Below are positions 9,397 to 18,805 of a DNA stretch of 64,000 nt, piece after piece (position 1 is the stretch's first letter; every line of letters begins with the position of its first letter). This DNA is from Patescibacteria group bacterium. Lineage in GTDB: Bacteria > Patescibacteriota > UBA1384 > XYA2-FULL-43-10 > 1-14-0-10-43-13. The stretch is taken from NCBI GenBank assembly GCA_041674765.1, contig JBAYVE010000003.1:2040-66039 (forward strand). The letters are read 5' to 3'. Made by a program: the position numbers and the translations under genes. A model generated the notes under the pieces. The model saw nothing but the letters and a program-made list of their open reading frames with translations, made no database searches and was not told the DNA's origin.

Positions 9397-9640
9397 AGGC
9401 AACTCCTTTCAGTTTTCAATGTACTCTACGCTCATTGTATCATAGCGAGAGATGTTATATCTTACCATAATAGCGTTAGTTTGTCAATCGGTTGGGGATT
9501 GATTTGATCTGTTTCATGGCCATTGATCCCTCGCCATTGGAAGTTCTTACAAAAAAAGCTTGCATAAAGGAAGAAAATCTGGTATGGATTACAATAGTAG
9601 CATTTGCTAAGTACACAGACATCACCAACCGGAGGGAAAC

Positions 9641-10735
9641 ATGATCACTTGGCTTCCGCATCTAGCGCACGAACCGTTCCCTTATGATCCGGAATGCCAT
9701 CTTATGTTTGATCGCCACCGAGCTGAAAGTAATATTTCATACTTGGTCTCAACATTTGGCATGAACGATGAAAGGGTTGCTTATCTCTTGGATATATTTG
9801 CTGACTACTCAGAATCCATGTCTTTTGTTAGAAAAGCTGGTTTAATTCAAGAACAAGCCGAATTGTTGAGCATAGTGGATATGAACTATGCCGGTACGGT
9901 TAGTAACGAAAATGAATTCAATACTCTTATTAAAAGGACTATTGATATTCAAAAACCGACTGTCTTTCTCTCAGACACTCATTCGAGTACTGGATTAGTG
10001 CTTAGTGTTTACGAGAAGAACGTGAGGGGTAATACAAAATTTCGGACAGGGGTTGTATGTGTCGATTCACATGCTGACCTGTACGACCACTCACAACCAC
10101 TTTGGAAGGGTAATGTATTTTCGTCACTGATCCATGCCGGCACCGTTCAAGCGATGGTTATTGTCGGAGTACCTCATTTTCGTCAAATTAGTATCCGAAG
10201 TGAATTGACCAATAGTATGAATCAACGAGTGGTTATGCTTGAGGACTTAAATGACCGAGATGAGGTTAATCAAGCTATTGCTTGGCTGGGTGATCAGAAT
10301 ATCAATCAGGTTTTCTATTCGATCGATCTTGATGGTTTGACCACAAGAAAATTGCAGTTGACTGCAATGGAATATTGTCCTTTTCATATCTTGCTCAATC
10401 TTGCAAAATATGAATTGACAGGGCTAAACAAAGATCAGATCGATGAACATCTTGATGATATCATTCGTCCCCCCAGCCATCAGCAACTTGGACGACGAAA
10501 TTTGTTTCACATTGGTGATAACGGATTAAACACTGGAGAACTAATCAAATTTCTTGAAATTTGTTTTGGTTTCTTCAGTCATAAAGGAATCAATAACGGT
10601 ATTAAGGTCGATCGACATTCGATCGTCGGCGATATCGTTGAGCTTTTTGGCCCGGATGTCGGGTCAAGGACAGCGGTCGAAGTCGCTAAAATTGCGCAAG
10701 CATTATTAGTGAACTCTGCCAAATACTCGAAGTGA
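9641..10735 (+). CDS. arginase/ureohydrolase-fold metallohydrolase-like protein
   Basis: Degenerate arginase-family motifs in the canonical order: LSDTHSS (cf. GGDHS), VCVDSHADLYD (cf. DAHxD), YSIDLDGL (cf. SxDxDxxDP), VGDIVELFGPD (cf. DxVExnP). GC-rich, same island as the radical-SAM genes. Confidence 0.5.
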   Translation: MITWLPHLAHEPFPYDPECHLMFDRHRAESNISYLVSTFGMNDERVAYLLDIFADYSESMSFVRKAGLIQEQAELLSIVDMNYAGTVSNENEFNTLIKRTIDIQKPTVFLSDTHSSTGLVLSVYEKNVRGNTKFRTGVVCVDSHADLYDHSQPLWKGNVFSSLIHAGTVQAMVIVGVPHFRQISIRSELTNSMNQRVVMLEDLNDRDEVNQAIAWLGDQNINQVFYSIDLDGLTTRKLQLTAMEYCPFHILLNLAKYELTGLNKDQIDEHLDDIIRPPSHQQLGRRNLFHIGDNGLNTGELIKFLEICFGFFSHKGINNGIKVDRHSIVGDIVELFGPDVGSRTAVEVAKIAQALLVNSAKYSK

Positions 10736-10750
10736 AGAAAGGAGCAGCCG

Positions 10751-10825
10751 ATGAAGTCCATCTTCAAAGCCAAAGTCAAATCTTTGGTCGAAAAACCGAT
10801 TGCCTATAACTGTCGCCGGGGCTGA
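10751..10825 (+). CDS. 24-aa candidate precursor peptide MKSIFKAKVKSLVEKPIAYNCRRG
   Basis: Not in the 60-aa ORF track. ATG is 7 nt after an AAAGGAG RBS. Lies between the arginase-fold gene stop and the first radical-SAM/SPASM gene, and is followed by a GNRA-tetraloop hairpin. Confidence 0.4.
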   Translation: MKSIFKAKVKSLVEKPIAYNCRRG

Positions 10826-10868
10826 ACCGCGGTGAACGACTCATGAGAGTCATGGACTAGGGGGTGGC

Positions 10869-10890
10869 GAAAGCCGCCCCCTTCTTGCTA
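10869..10890 (+). promoter_or_regulatory. stable stem-loop (9-bp stem, GAAA tetraloop) between the candidate precursor peptide and the rSAM gene; no U-tract
   Basis: GGGGGTGGC-GAAA-GCCGCCCCC: 8 Watson-Crick pairs plus one G-U. Followed by the RBS GAGAGGAG of the rSAM gene. Geometry typical of precursor/enzyme stoichiometry attenuators in RiPP operons. Confidence 0.45.
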
Positions 10891-10907
10891 CAAGAGAGGA
10901 GACTGCT

Positions 10908-11975
10908 ATGGGAGAACTGAGTGTGATCGCAATCACCTTCACTAATCGTTGTAATCTCAGCTGCGTACATTGTGGCCGAGAACAGGATTTGTCTCACTGC
11001 ACAGAAAAAGATGCGGCCTTCTTTATCAACATATTGAAAGAAGGACGTACGCTTGGAGCAAATCAGGTCAACATAACCGGTGGCGAAATTTTCTGCCGCC
11101 ATGATTGCTTTGACTTGATCCAAGGTGCAATTGACCTCGGGTACTTCGTAAGTATTGAGTCAAATGGTACATTGATTACACAACCATCAATTGACCGTTT
11201 ATCGTCTTATGGCGACGCCATAAGAGTCTCAATCAGCGTTGATGGTCTGACCGCCGAGACTCACGATGCCATTCGCGGTACCGGAACCTTTGATGTCACT
11301 ATGGCTACTATTCAAGAATTGAAGAAAGCTGATGTGCCTACAAGGATAATCACGGTATTACACCGCCAAAACATCGGACAAATCCCTCAGATGGCCAGAC
11401 ACTTTGTCGATGATATGGGTCTGGGCTTTCGCTTGTTGCCAAATATTATGGAATATGGCAAGGGCGTATATGCCTGCAACACCTACGGCATTGAATTCGA
11501 TGAAGCAATGGCACTATTAGAGGGATTCTACTTCGATTTCCTGCGGGAAAAAGCATCGGACAATGTCACGCTGGAGATAAACGTGGCTTTGGCGCCGATG
11601 GATATCAATCAATTTTGTCTCTGTCCTTGGGGAAAGGCAATGGTTGGTATTGGTCCAACGGGAATTGTAAGCCTTTGTCACGTTTCATATCATGATGAGC
11701 GATTTGTTTTCGGCAATTTGGAAAATACTTCGCTTACGAAGATATGGAATGAAAGTACCATGCTGGATGCGTTCAGAAATCTGGACACCAATACCCTGAA
11801 AGGTGTCTGCGGCAACTGTCTTGCGCGAGAAATTTGCCGTGGTGGCTGCCGACTGCATGCTATTACGAAGTACGGAGATTTTCTCGCTCCCGATCCTTAC
11901 TGCCAGACGGTCTATGATCTCGGGAAATTCCCAGATTATGCCCTGGATAATGATGATAAGGATTGCTCTTTCTGA
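10908..11975 (+). CDS. radical SAM enzyme with a C-terminal SPASM domain (peptide-modifying maturase family)
   Basis: CNLSCVHCG (Cx3Cx2C). GGEIF SAM-binding motif. C-terminal CGNCLAREICRGGCRLHA and CPWG, plus a GNLENTSLTKIWN SPASM-like segment. Confidence 0.85.
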   Translation: MGELSVIAITFTNRCNLSCVHCGREQDLSHCTEKDAAFFINILKEGRTLGANQVNITGGEIFCRHDCFDLIQGAIDLGYFVSIESNGTLITQPSIDRLSSYGDAIRVSISVDGLTAETHDAIRGTGTFDVTMATIQELKKADVPTRIITVLHRQNIGQIPQMARHFVDDMGLGFRLLPNIMEYGKGVYACNTYGIEFDEAMALLEGFYFDFLREKASDNVTLEINVALAPMDINQFCLCPWGKAMVGIGPTGIVSLCHVSYHDERFVFGNLENTSLTKIWNESTMLDAFRNLDTNTLKGVCGNCLAREICRGGCRLHAITKYGDFLAPDPYCQTVYDLGKFPDYALDNDDKDCSF

Positions 11976-11988
11976 TAGGAGTATCAAG

Positions 11989-13335
11989 ATGTTAAGAATC
12001 TCACGATTCGTGCACTTCCTCCACGGAGGTCAAATTCTGTGGAATGCGCTCACCTTCTCAATGATTAAGAATGCCAATGGTCTCGGGAAAATGATTGACA
12101 TAAACAATCATGACCCAAAGCCCGATTCTTTTTGGCAAGAGATGCTTGGGGGAAAATTACCCCAGATGCTCTCCGGTGGCTTTCTGGTAACAGACCAGCA
12201 GGAAGACAACTTGCTGCAAAAAGCTACTGAGGAAGCATCGTCAAGAAGCATTCAGAATCTCTACTTGATCATGACAAATCGGTGCAATTTGGCCTGTTCC
12301 TACTGCCTTTACGGAACAAAGAACAGCCAAACGTTGGATTTGGAAAATCAAGCGATGTACATGTCAGAGCAAGTGGCCGGAAATGCCATTGAGTGCTTTG
12401 CTGAGATCACCAAGTCGAATCCTCACACTGATGGATACTGGCAGCAAATCACCTTCTATGGCGGCGAACCCCTGTTAAACGTCGACGCTTTAGAAGCATC
12501 TGTTGACGCGGTTCTTCGACTAAAGCGCAATGGATTACTCTGGGATGACACCAATTTGGTTATCAATACCAATGGTGTATTGATTAACGATCAGTCAATT
12601 GACTTGATCAAAAGGGGCAATATCGAAGTACAGATATCAATCGATGGCTTTGCAGACGTCCATGACAAAAATCGTTACATGCTCACCAGAGATGGTTCCA
12701 CTGGCAGTTTCGATTATGTGGTCAATGCGCTGCAAAGGTTGACTTGTGCTGGAATTTCAGTGACCCCGATGATTACTGTAACCGAGGACAATCTCGGCAC
12801 TCTCGATCAATTCGTGGTATGGCTCTGCAAGGAGTTCAGTATCAAATCATATGGGATGAGTATCCTTATGAGTGGAACTGGCAAAACAGCAGAAGATTAC
12901 CCCGAAAGAGCGGCAGAGATGATGTATAAAACGTATCTGGCCGCCTCGGGCTATGGAGCCTACGACTATGCGCTTCAAGACCAACTAGAAGGATTGTTTG
13001 GTCCACGAATCGCCAAGCAGGAGTGCGGTGCCGGTCGGAAATTAACAGTATTTCCGGACGGAATGCTACATACCTGCCAGGCACTTGAAGCAACAGGTCT
13101 GACGTCTGTTGGAAAATTGCCCGTATTCGAACAAGCAGAATCAAACTGGCAGAACTGGAGCCAGCGCTCACGTTTCCAGAATCCAGCTTGTCTGGAATGT
13201 CCTGTCCTGGGTGCTTGCGGAGGTGGCTGTGCGGCAGGATCGTTTCACTCCTCGGGTGATATCAATCAGATTGATCCCAACAAGTGTAATTGGACTAAGT
13301 CTCTTTTTAATCTGCGACTTTCCACTTGCACGTGA
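11989..13335 (+). CDS. second radical SAM/SPASM enzyme
   Basis: Start moved to ATG 11989 (RBS GGAG; the track ORF began inside the upstream gene). CNLACSYCLYG Cx3Cx2C. GGEPLL motif. C-terminal CLECPVLGACGGGCAAGS. Confidence 0.85.
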   Translation: MLRISRFVHFLHGGQILWNALTFSMIKNANGLGKMIDINNHDPKPDSFWQEMLGGKLPQMLSGGFLVTDQQEDNLLQKATEEASSRSIQNLYLIMTNRCNLACSYCLYGTKNSQTLDLENQAMYMSEQVAGNAIECFAEITKSNPHTDGYWQQITFYGGEPLLNVDALEASVDAVLRLKRNGLLWDDTNLVINTNGVLINDQSIDLIKRGNIEVQISIDGFADVHDKNRYMLTRDGSTGSFDYVVNALQRLTCAGISVTPMITVTEDNLGTLDQFVVWLCKEFSIKSYGMSILMSGTGKTAEDYPERAAEMMYKTYLAASGYGAYDYALQDQLEGLFGPRIAKQECGAGRKLTVFPDGMLHTCQALEATGLTSVGKLPVFEQAESNWQNWSQRSRFQNPACLECPVLGACGGGCAAGSFHSSGDINQIDPNKCNWTKSLFNLRLSTCT

Positions 13336-13341
13336 CAAACC

Positions 13342-13377
13342 GGCGCCGAGCTTACCACTCGGCGCCTTTGCTTTATC
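13342..13377 (+). terminator. rho-independent terminator closing the GC-rich island
   Basis: GGCGCCGAG-cttacca-CTCGGCGCC perfect 9-bp stem followed by TTTGCTTTATC. Confidence 0.6.
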
Positions 13378-13402
13378 AACTGAAAAATAGTACTATTTTT
13401 AT

Positions 13403-14320
13403 ATGAACGATATTTTATTGCCAAAAAAAATTTGTAAGGGTGATACCATCGGAATTATTGCTCCGTCCCGACCTGTTTATAATATTGAAGAAAAAATCAA
13501 AAAAGGCGCTGAAGTCCTTGAGGATATGGGATATAAAGTCGTATTTGGCAGGAATATAAAAAAACAGTTGTATTACTCTGCAGGCACGCCACAAGAAAGA
13601 GCCGATGATCTGAACGAAATGTTCTCCAATCCCAAGATTAGTATGATTTTGTGTGCAACAGGCGGCATTACCTCTAACCAATTACTACCATATATTGATT
13701 TTGATATTATCAAAAATAATCCTAAGCCATTTATAGGGTACAGTGATATTACAACCCTTCTTTTGGCAATTTATAAAAAAACAGGATTAGTAACATTCCA
13801 TGGTCCTGATTTAAGTGATATTGCCGGATTAAATAAAGACGCTCTCCAGTTCCTTTTTAACTTATTGTCTGGAGAAATTAAAAACAAGACCTTATCTCAG
13901 GATATAGAAATAATACAAGAAGGTACGGCCATCGGAAAGTTAATCGGTGGAAATATATACCTAATAAATGGACTTTTAGGAACTCCGTTTTCTCCATCCT
14001 TAGATGGCTCAATATTCTTTTGGGAAGAGACAGGTGTGCCACCAGCAATGGTTCATCAGGAACTTATGCATCTGAAACTTGCCGGAGCATTAGATGATAT
14101 CCGCGGAATAGTGATTGGTCATTTATCTGATTGCATTGATAATAAATACGAGAACGAAAATCGATCAATTAACGAGATAATCATTGAGGTGATAAATAAT
14201 AAAAATATACCCATCATAAAAGTCGACTCTTTTGGTCATGATATAAATGATTTCTATACATTTCCGATAGGACTCAATGCTGAGATCGACACAGTAAAAA
14301 AATATTTTTCATTGAAATAG
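13403..14320 (+). CDS. LD-carboxypeptidase (peptidase S66, LdcA/MccF family)
   Basis: GDTIGIIAPS N-terminal motif. GYSDITTLL Ser nucleophile motif. Length 305 aa. Confidence 0.8.
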   Translation: MNDILLPKKICKGDTIGIIAPSRPVYNIEEKIKKGAEVLEDMGYKVVFGRNIKKQLYYSAGTPQERADDLNEMFSNPKISMILCATGGITSNQLLPYIDFDIIKNNPKPFIGYSDITTLLLAIYKKTGLVTFHGPDLSDIAGLNKDALQFLFNLLSGEIKNKTLSQDIEIIQEGTAIGKLIGGNIYLINGLLGTPFSPSLDGSIFFWEETGVPPAMVHQELMHLKLAGALDDIRGIVIGHLSDCIDNKYENENRSINEIIIEVINNKNIPIIKVDSFGHDINDFYTFPIGLNAEIDTVKKYFSLK

Positions 14321-14377
14321 ATGATCTAAAAGTTAAATGCCCACCAGTCAATTGATGACTGATGGGCAAGTGTAGCA

Positions 14378-15991
14378 CTATCCGCCACATAGGCACCCCC
14401 TGGTGATCGTTAAGACACGATCAATGTTTGTATTACCAGTGAAGTCCTTGTCATGGCTGACAATGATGAGCGCTCCTTGATAGTTAATCAGAGCGTTTTT
14501 TAGAATTTCTCTTGACCGTGGGTCAAGATGGTTGGTCGGTTCATCGAGGAGGAGGCAATTGGCTCCACTTAGCATTATCTTGCATAAAGCCAATCTCGCT
14601 CGCTCGCCTCGACTCAAAGTGCCAACTTTTTGGTTAATCTGATCCTGGAAGAAAAGAAAGTGGGCTAACGCTGAACGGAGATTCTTTTCTTGAACATCCG
14701 AGTTCGCTAATCTTGCTTCCTGCAGAACTGTATTTCCATCATCAAGACCCTCCTGTTCCTGCTGATAGAAACCGATCGTGAGGTTGTGATTCCGCTTCAC
14801 CGTTCCAGAATCGGGCGAAAGCATTCCGGATAATATCCGGAGGAAAGTGGTCTTGCCAGCACCATTATCACCGTGCAATAGCAGACTTTCAGTTGGAGCA
14901 AGCTCCAGAGAGATATCCCTTAGGACAACTCTTGATCCATACGACTTCTTCACATTGCGGGCTTGAAATGCGGCACCGTTCAAAGATCGGGCAATAGGAA
15001 AGCTTATATCAAGTTTTTTCTGCTTTTGTTTTGCAGGCAACTTGGTTTTAAGCTTGGCTACAACCTTCTCTCTGTCATGTTTCATTCCAACTTTGCTCTG
15101 AGGCGCATTACGTATGAAACGTTCTAGTCGTTCGATCTCAGCAGAAATCGAGCCTCTTTCCTTGCCCTGTCTCTCCATCTCAGCCGTCCGCAATGATACG
15201 AACTTTGAGTAGTTGCCAGGGTAAGATTTTAGAACTCGGTCTGCTCCATCGAGATACAGAATTCTGTCGACTACCTGATCCAGCATCGCTGGTAAATGAG
15301 AGACGACAAGAATTGACTGTTGTACACGAGATAGATATTGGCAAAGCCACGAATAAGCGGCTTCGTCAATATGATTCGTTGGTTCGTCCATGACTAGCAA
15401 GTCAGACTGCTCATAGAGCATCCTGGCCAATGCCACCCGTGATTTCTGTCCGCCACTTAATGTCTTGACTAGCTGAAAAGGATCGACATCAGCTAATCCC
15501 ACACCGGAGAGCAATTCAAGGATATCGTTTTCAGATCGATATCCTTCACGCTCTGTATATCTTTCCTGTAGCTTGAAGTAGTCGGTTAGTAAAGAATCGT
15601 CAGGAATGAAGCCAGGAGATTCCATTGCCTTCTCGATCTCTTCGATTCTGGCGACAATCTTACGTAAACCTCTACCATCAAGCATGTAGGACAAGATATC
15701 CAAATTGGCCGAATTGCCATCTACAGATAGAAACTGTGGAATATATGAGTATGGTTTTGGTGAACCATGATTGGTGAACCTTACGGAGCCCTGGTCAGGC
15801 AGCAGTTCCTTGACAATCACCTTTAGAAGCGTTGTCTTACCAGCACCGTTATCACCTACAAGTCCCACCTTTTCGCCATCTCGTATATTCACAGAAACAT
15901 TTTGCAGAATGACTCTTTCTCCGAAAGATACAGAGACCTCTTTGACAATTAGCACCTCATTTACCTCCTTTGATCTGTATGAGAAGCGCAA
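14378..15991 (-). CDS. ABC-F family ATPase (two tandem ABC domains, no TM domain; EttA/Uup-like)
   Basis: Two Walker A motifs GDNGAGKTT and two signature motifs LSGGQKSRVALAR and LSRGERARLALC. 537 aa. Confidence 0.85.
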   Translation of the reverse strand: MRFSYRSKEVNEVLIVKEVSVSFGERVILQNVSVNIRDGEKVGLVGDNGAGKTTLLKVIVKELLPDQGSVRFTNHGSPKPYSYIPQFLSVDGNSANLDILSYMLDGRGLRKIVARIEEIEKAMESPGFIPDDSLLTDYFKLQERYTEREGYRSENDILELLSGVGLADVDPFQLVKTLSGGQKSRVALARMLYEQSDLLVMDEPTNHIDEAAYSWLCQYLSRVQQSILVVSHLPAMLDQVVDRILYLDGADRVLKSYPGNYSKFVSLRTAEMERQGKERGSISAEIERLERFIRNAPQSKVGMKHDREKVVAKLKTKLPAKQKQKKLDISFPIARSLNGAAFQARNVKKSYGSRVVLRDISLELAPTESLLLHGDNGAGKTTFLRILSGMLSPDSGTVKRNHNLTIGFYQQEQEGLDDGNTVLQEARLANSDVQEKNLRSALAHFLFFQDQINQKVGTLSRGERARLALCKIMLSGANCLLLDEPTNHLDPRSREILKNALINYQGALIIVSHDKDFTGNTNIDRVLTITRGCLCGG

Positions 15992-16141
15992 TCAAATAAA
16001 AACAAAAAAATGCAAGTTTGTCAAGGTTTTTGAAGAGAGAAACCGTCTTGACTAGTCGATAAGGATAATTGTGATATACTTATATATGAAATGATCGTTA
16101 AAATAAGTCATAACCAGCAATAGGATTATCGAATTTAAAAA

Positions 16142-16642
16142 ATGGAAACGAATTTTCGTAAACTGACAATCGAGGATCTACCACATCGAATAAAATGGCT
16201 CAATGATCCGGAGATAAATAAGCACCTTGGTACTAGGGTTAGAACTGGCACTGATGAAGAATTTCACAAGAAATGGTTTGAGTGTTATTTTAGTGATGAT
16301 TTCAGAGAGATATTTACAATTGAAGTGGATGGCAAGCCAGTTGGTCAGGTGGGACTGCTTGATATCAACCCACTGGATAAGAATGGCTGTCTATATATTA
16401 TAATCGGTGAAAAAAATTATTGGGGTAAGGGTATCGGATCGCAAGCAATGGAATTCATCCTTAATTATGGATTCGATACGCTAGGGCTTCACAAAATATG
16501 GCTAGAAGTTTATGCCAGTAACTCAGCAGCAATAAAGCTGTATAAAAAGTTTGGTTTTAATAATGAAGGTATATACAAGGATCAAGTTCTCTATCCAGAT
16601 GGATTCGTCGATGAAATAAGAATGGCTAAATTTCAAAATTAA
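16142..16642 (+). CDS. GNAT N-acetyltransferase, RimJ/RimL/MccE-C-terminal-domain type
   Basis: Acetyltransf_3-like layout: IGEKNYWGKGIGSQAMEFILNYGF...LHKIWLEVYASNSAAIKLYKKFGFNNEG. Confidence 0.75.
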   Translation: METNFRKLTIEDLPHRIKWLNDPEINKHLGTRVRTGTDEEFHKKWFECYFSDDFREIFTIEVDGKPVGQVGLLDINPLDKNGCLYIIIGEKNYWGKGIGSQAMEFILNYGFDTLGLHKIWLEVYASNSAAIKLYKKFGFNNEGIYKDQVLYPDGFVDEIRMAKFQN

Positions 16643-16656
16643 CGTCCATGTAAAAA

Positions 16657-17631
16657 ATGAGTCAGGAAAAAATATTAAATAAATTGAAACCAGGAAAACT
16701 ACTCTTAAGTATTGACCTTGATAATACCTTAGTGAATCGGGACAAGGGAGCAAATTTTGTTAAAAAAGAATCGCTCGATTTGCTTAAAAAGATTAAGGAA
16801 CTTTCTGATGTTAAATTACTCATAAATACCGGAAGAGAAAATTATGGATATCGTTCCTTTGCTTCTAGCCTGATTGATCCTAAAAACGCAATCATAGGCT
16901 CAGGAAGCGTAATAATTCATAACGGTGAATATTTTCTAAACGATAAATCATTGATTGATAAAGAACTTGTCGAGAAAATAATCGGATTGGTTAATGAAGG
17001 CAATCTAGAATTTGTTGATATGGCACATTTCTCTGACCGGTCAATTATTTCTAATCCTAGCTTTCGAGATAATGCTTTATACTTAGCTCAAAATCCTGTT
17101 GAGTGGTTTACCCAAGAATCCAGGAATGAAATACTCTTAGGAGGCAGATCATCTACCGATAAAGTATATAGAATCGAATATCCTGTTTATAAAGATAATA
17201 ACAAAGAATTTTTTAATGCTCTGCGGGATAAGCATCAAAACTGCATAAGATTTTTATCAAAAATTATCGGCTTTCCCCTTGATGAAAACAGATACACTTT
17301 AAAACGAAAAGCTCACTTTTGTGATCAATATAAAGGCAAAGTACTATTTGCAAGATTAGAAGTGTCAGAACAGATTGTTAATAAAGGCACCGGATTGCAT
17401 AAATGGTTTGAGATTGAAGGCGATAATAAAATCAACGTTTTACATATCGGAGATAGTGATAAAGGAATAGTTAACGATACGATTATAAAAAAGGAAATAC
17501 CTGAATCACTAATCGTTATGGTTGGTGAAAAGTTCGATAAGAGTAATCCATTTGTTGATGTCTATTTTGAGGGAGATGTAGATGAGGATGTATATCAGAT
17601 TTTGAAATTAGTATATGAAAGATATGCGTAA
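16657..17631 (+). CDS. HAD-superfamily hydrolase (Cof/sucrose-phosphatase-like)
   Basis: Motif I LSIDLDNTL (DxDxT), motif II LINTG, late GDSDKG motif. Confidence 0.6.
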   Translation: MSQEKILNKLKPGKLLLSIDLDNTLVNRDKGANFVKKESLDLLKKIKELSDVKLLINTGRENYGYRSFASSLIDPKNAIIGSGSVIIHNGEYFLNDKSLIDKELVEKIIGLVNEGNLEFVDMAHFSDRSIISNPSFRDNALYLAQNPVEWFTQESRNEILLGGRSSTDKVYRIEYPVYKDNNKEFFNALRDKHQNCIRFLSKIIGFPLDENRYTLKRKAHFCDQYKGKVLFARLEVSEQIVNKGTGLHKWFEIEGDNKINVLHIGDSDKGIVNDTIIKKEIPESLIVMVGEKFDKSNPFVDVYFEGDVDEDVYQILKLVYERYA

Positions 17632-17655
17632 TTAATTTTCATATTACTGGAAATA

Positions 17656-17994
17656 TTATTTAACTTTTATCCTTATACCGAGTGCTCCATATTGTTTTTC
17701 CTGCTCGCTGGAATAATATTTTCTAATTGTATTCAATAGTTCCTCTTTGTTGTCTGAGCCAAAGCTGATTGTAGGATGATCGTTTATTAAATCCTCAAAA
17801 GTATTAAATCTTAATAAACCGATTACTGATGTTTCTAAAAGTTTGGTTTTTTCTGGCTCTCTTTGGAAAGTTATTGTATCTCCAAGATCAATTAATTTTC
17901 TTTTCTCATCGAACAATCTGACTTCAATAATCTTGGAGCCCTCTTTTATTTTGTCGAAGGAATCAGAATTAAGTTTCATTAAATGATTTTGCAT
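17656..17994 (-). CDS. ASCH/PUA-like domain protein
   Basis: N-terminal MKLNSDSFDKIKEGSKIIEVRLFDEKR resembles the ASCH signature (M-K-L-x-F-x-x-I-x-x-G-x-K-x-I-E-x-R-L). Confidence 0.5.
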   Translation of the reverse strand: MQNHLMKLNSDSFDKIKEGSKIIEVRLFDEKRKLIDLGDTITFQREPEKTKLLETSVIGLLRFNTFEDLINDHPTISFGSDNKEELLNTIRKYYSSEQEKQYGALGIRIKVK

Positions 17995-18013
17995 TTTGTT
18001 CCTATGATATATA

Positions 18014-18805
18014 TCAGCGTATGTTGAAGATCTTTTTTGCGTTTACATTAAAAATCATCGCCTTTAATTCATGAGAGATTTTTAAATTATTAATTAGATC
18101 AATATGTTTTTTTGTGTCACACATAGGGTAATCTGTGCCGAATAAAAGGTTATTTGGTTTATCGATGATTGTCTTCTCTAAAATATCTACGACCTTTTCA
18201 ATTCCACCACTTAGCTCAATAACCTCATCATCAGCCATGACTGAAGTATCGAAATAAATATTTTTATAAGGTTTTGTTATCCCATAGCAATACTGCATCT
18301 TTGGCCAGAAATAATGGGCAATAACTATTTTTAAATCAGGGTACTTATTTGCAATTTCTGCGATATATTTAGGATCGTTGTATTCGGCGCATTCAAAATC
18401 GCCAGAATTAATACCGGTATGAATAACTACCGGAACATCATATTTCAGGCAAAGACTATAAATTGCATCACATCTTGGATCGGTGGGATAAAATGGATCA
18501 TGACCGGGAAAAAGCTTAAGGCCAATTATAGTCTTATTTTTTAATAGGTCATCAAAATATTTAACCTCATTTTCTCTTGGATTTAAAACATTAGGTGATC
18601 CGATTATAAAGATATTTTGATCTTTTTCAAATATTTTAATTAAAGTTTCGGTATCAGCACAATTAGTGCAAATGAGATTGTCTGCAATAACAAAAGCCGA
18701 AGAAATTTTATTCTCTGCAAAATTTGCGAGTAATCGCTTCTTGGCATTGTCAAAATTTTCTTCCGACTCTTCTTTTGTTAGATGTAAATGCGAATCAATA
18801 ATCAT
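18014..18805 (-). CDS. metal-dependent amidohydrolase (TIM-barrel, amidohydrolase-2-like)
   Basis: N-terminal MIIDSHLHL His-pair motif, internal HTGIN and HYFWP motifs. Confidence 0.6.
   Translation of the reverse strand: MIIDSHLHLTKEESEENFDNAKKRLLANFAENKISSAFVIADNLICTNCADTETLIKIFEKDQNIFIIGSPNVLNPRENEVKYFDDLLKNKTIIGLKLFPGHDPFYPTDPRCDAIYSLCLKYDVPVVIHTGINSGDFECAEYNDPKYIAEIANKYPDLKIVIAHYFWPKMQYCYGITKPYKNIYFDTSVMADDEVIELSGGIEKVVDILEKTIIDKPNNLLFGTDYPMCDTKKHIDLINNLKISHELKAMIFNVNAKKIFNIR

Noticed and set aside
9220-9402. Small 58-aa protein as an acyl carrier protein for the alpha-oxoamine synthase (SPT-ACP-like pairing)
   Set aside because: It has no D-S-L phosphopantetheine-attachment motif and is too short for an ACP four-helix bundle. 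It is kept as an unknown small protein.
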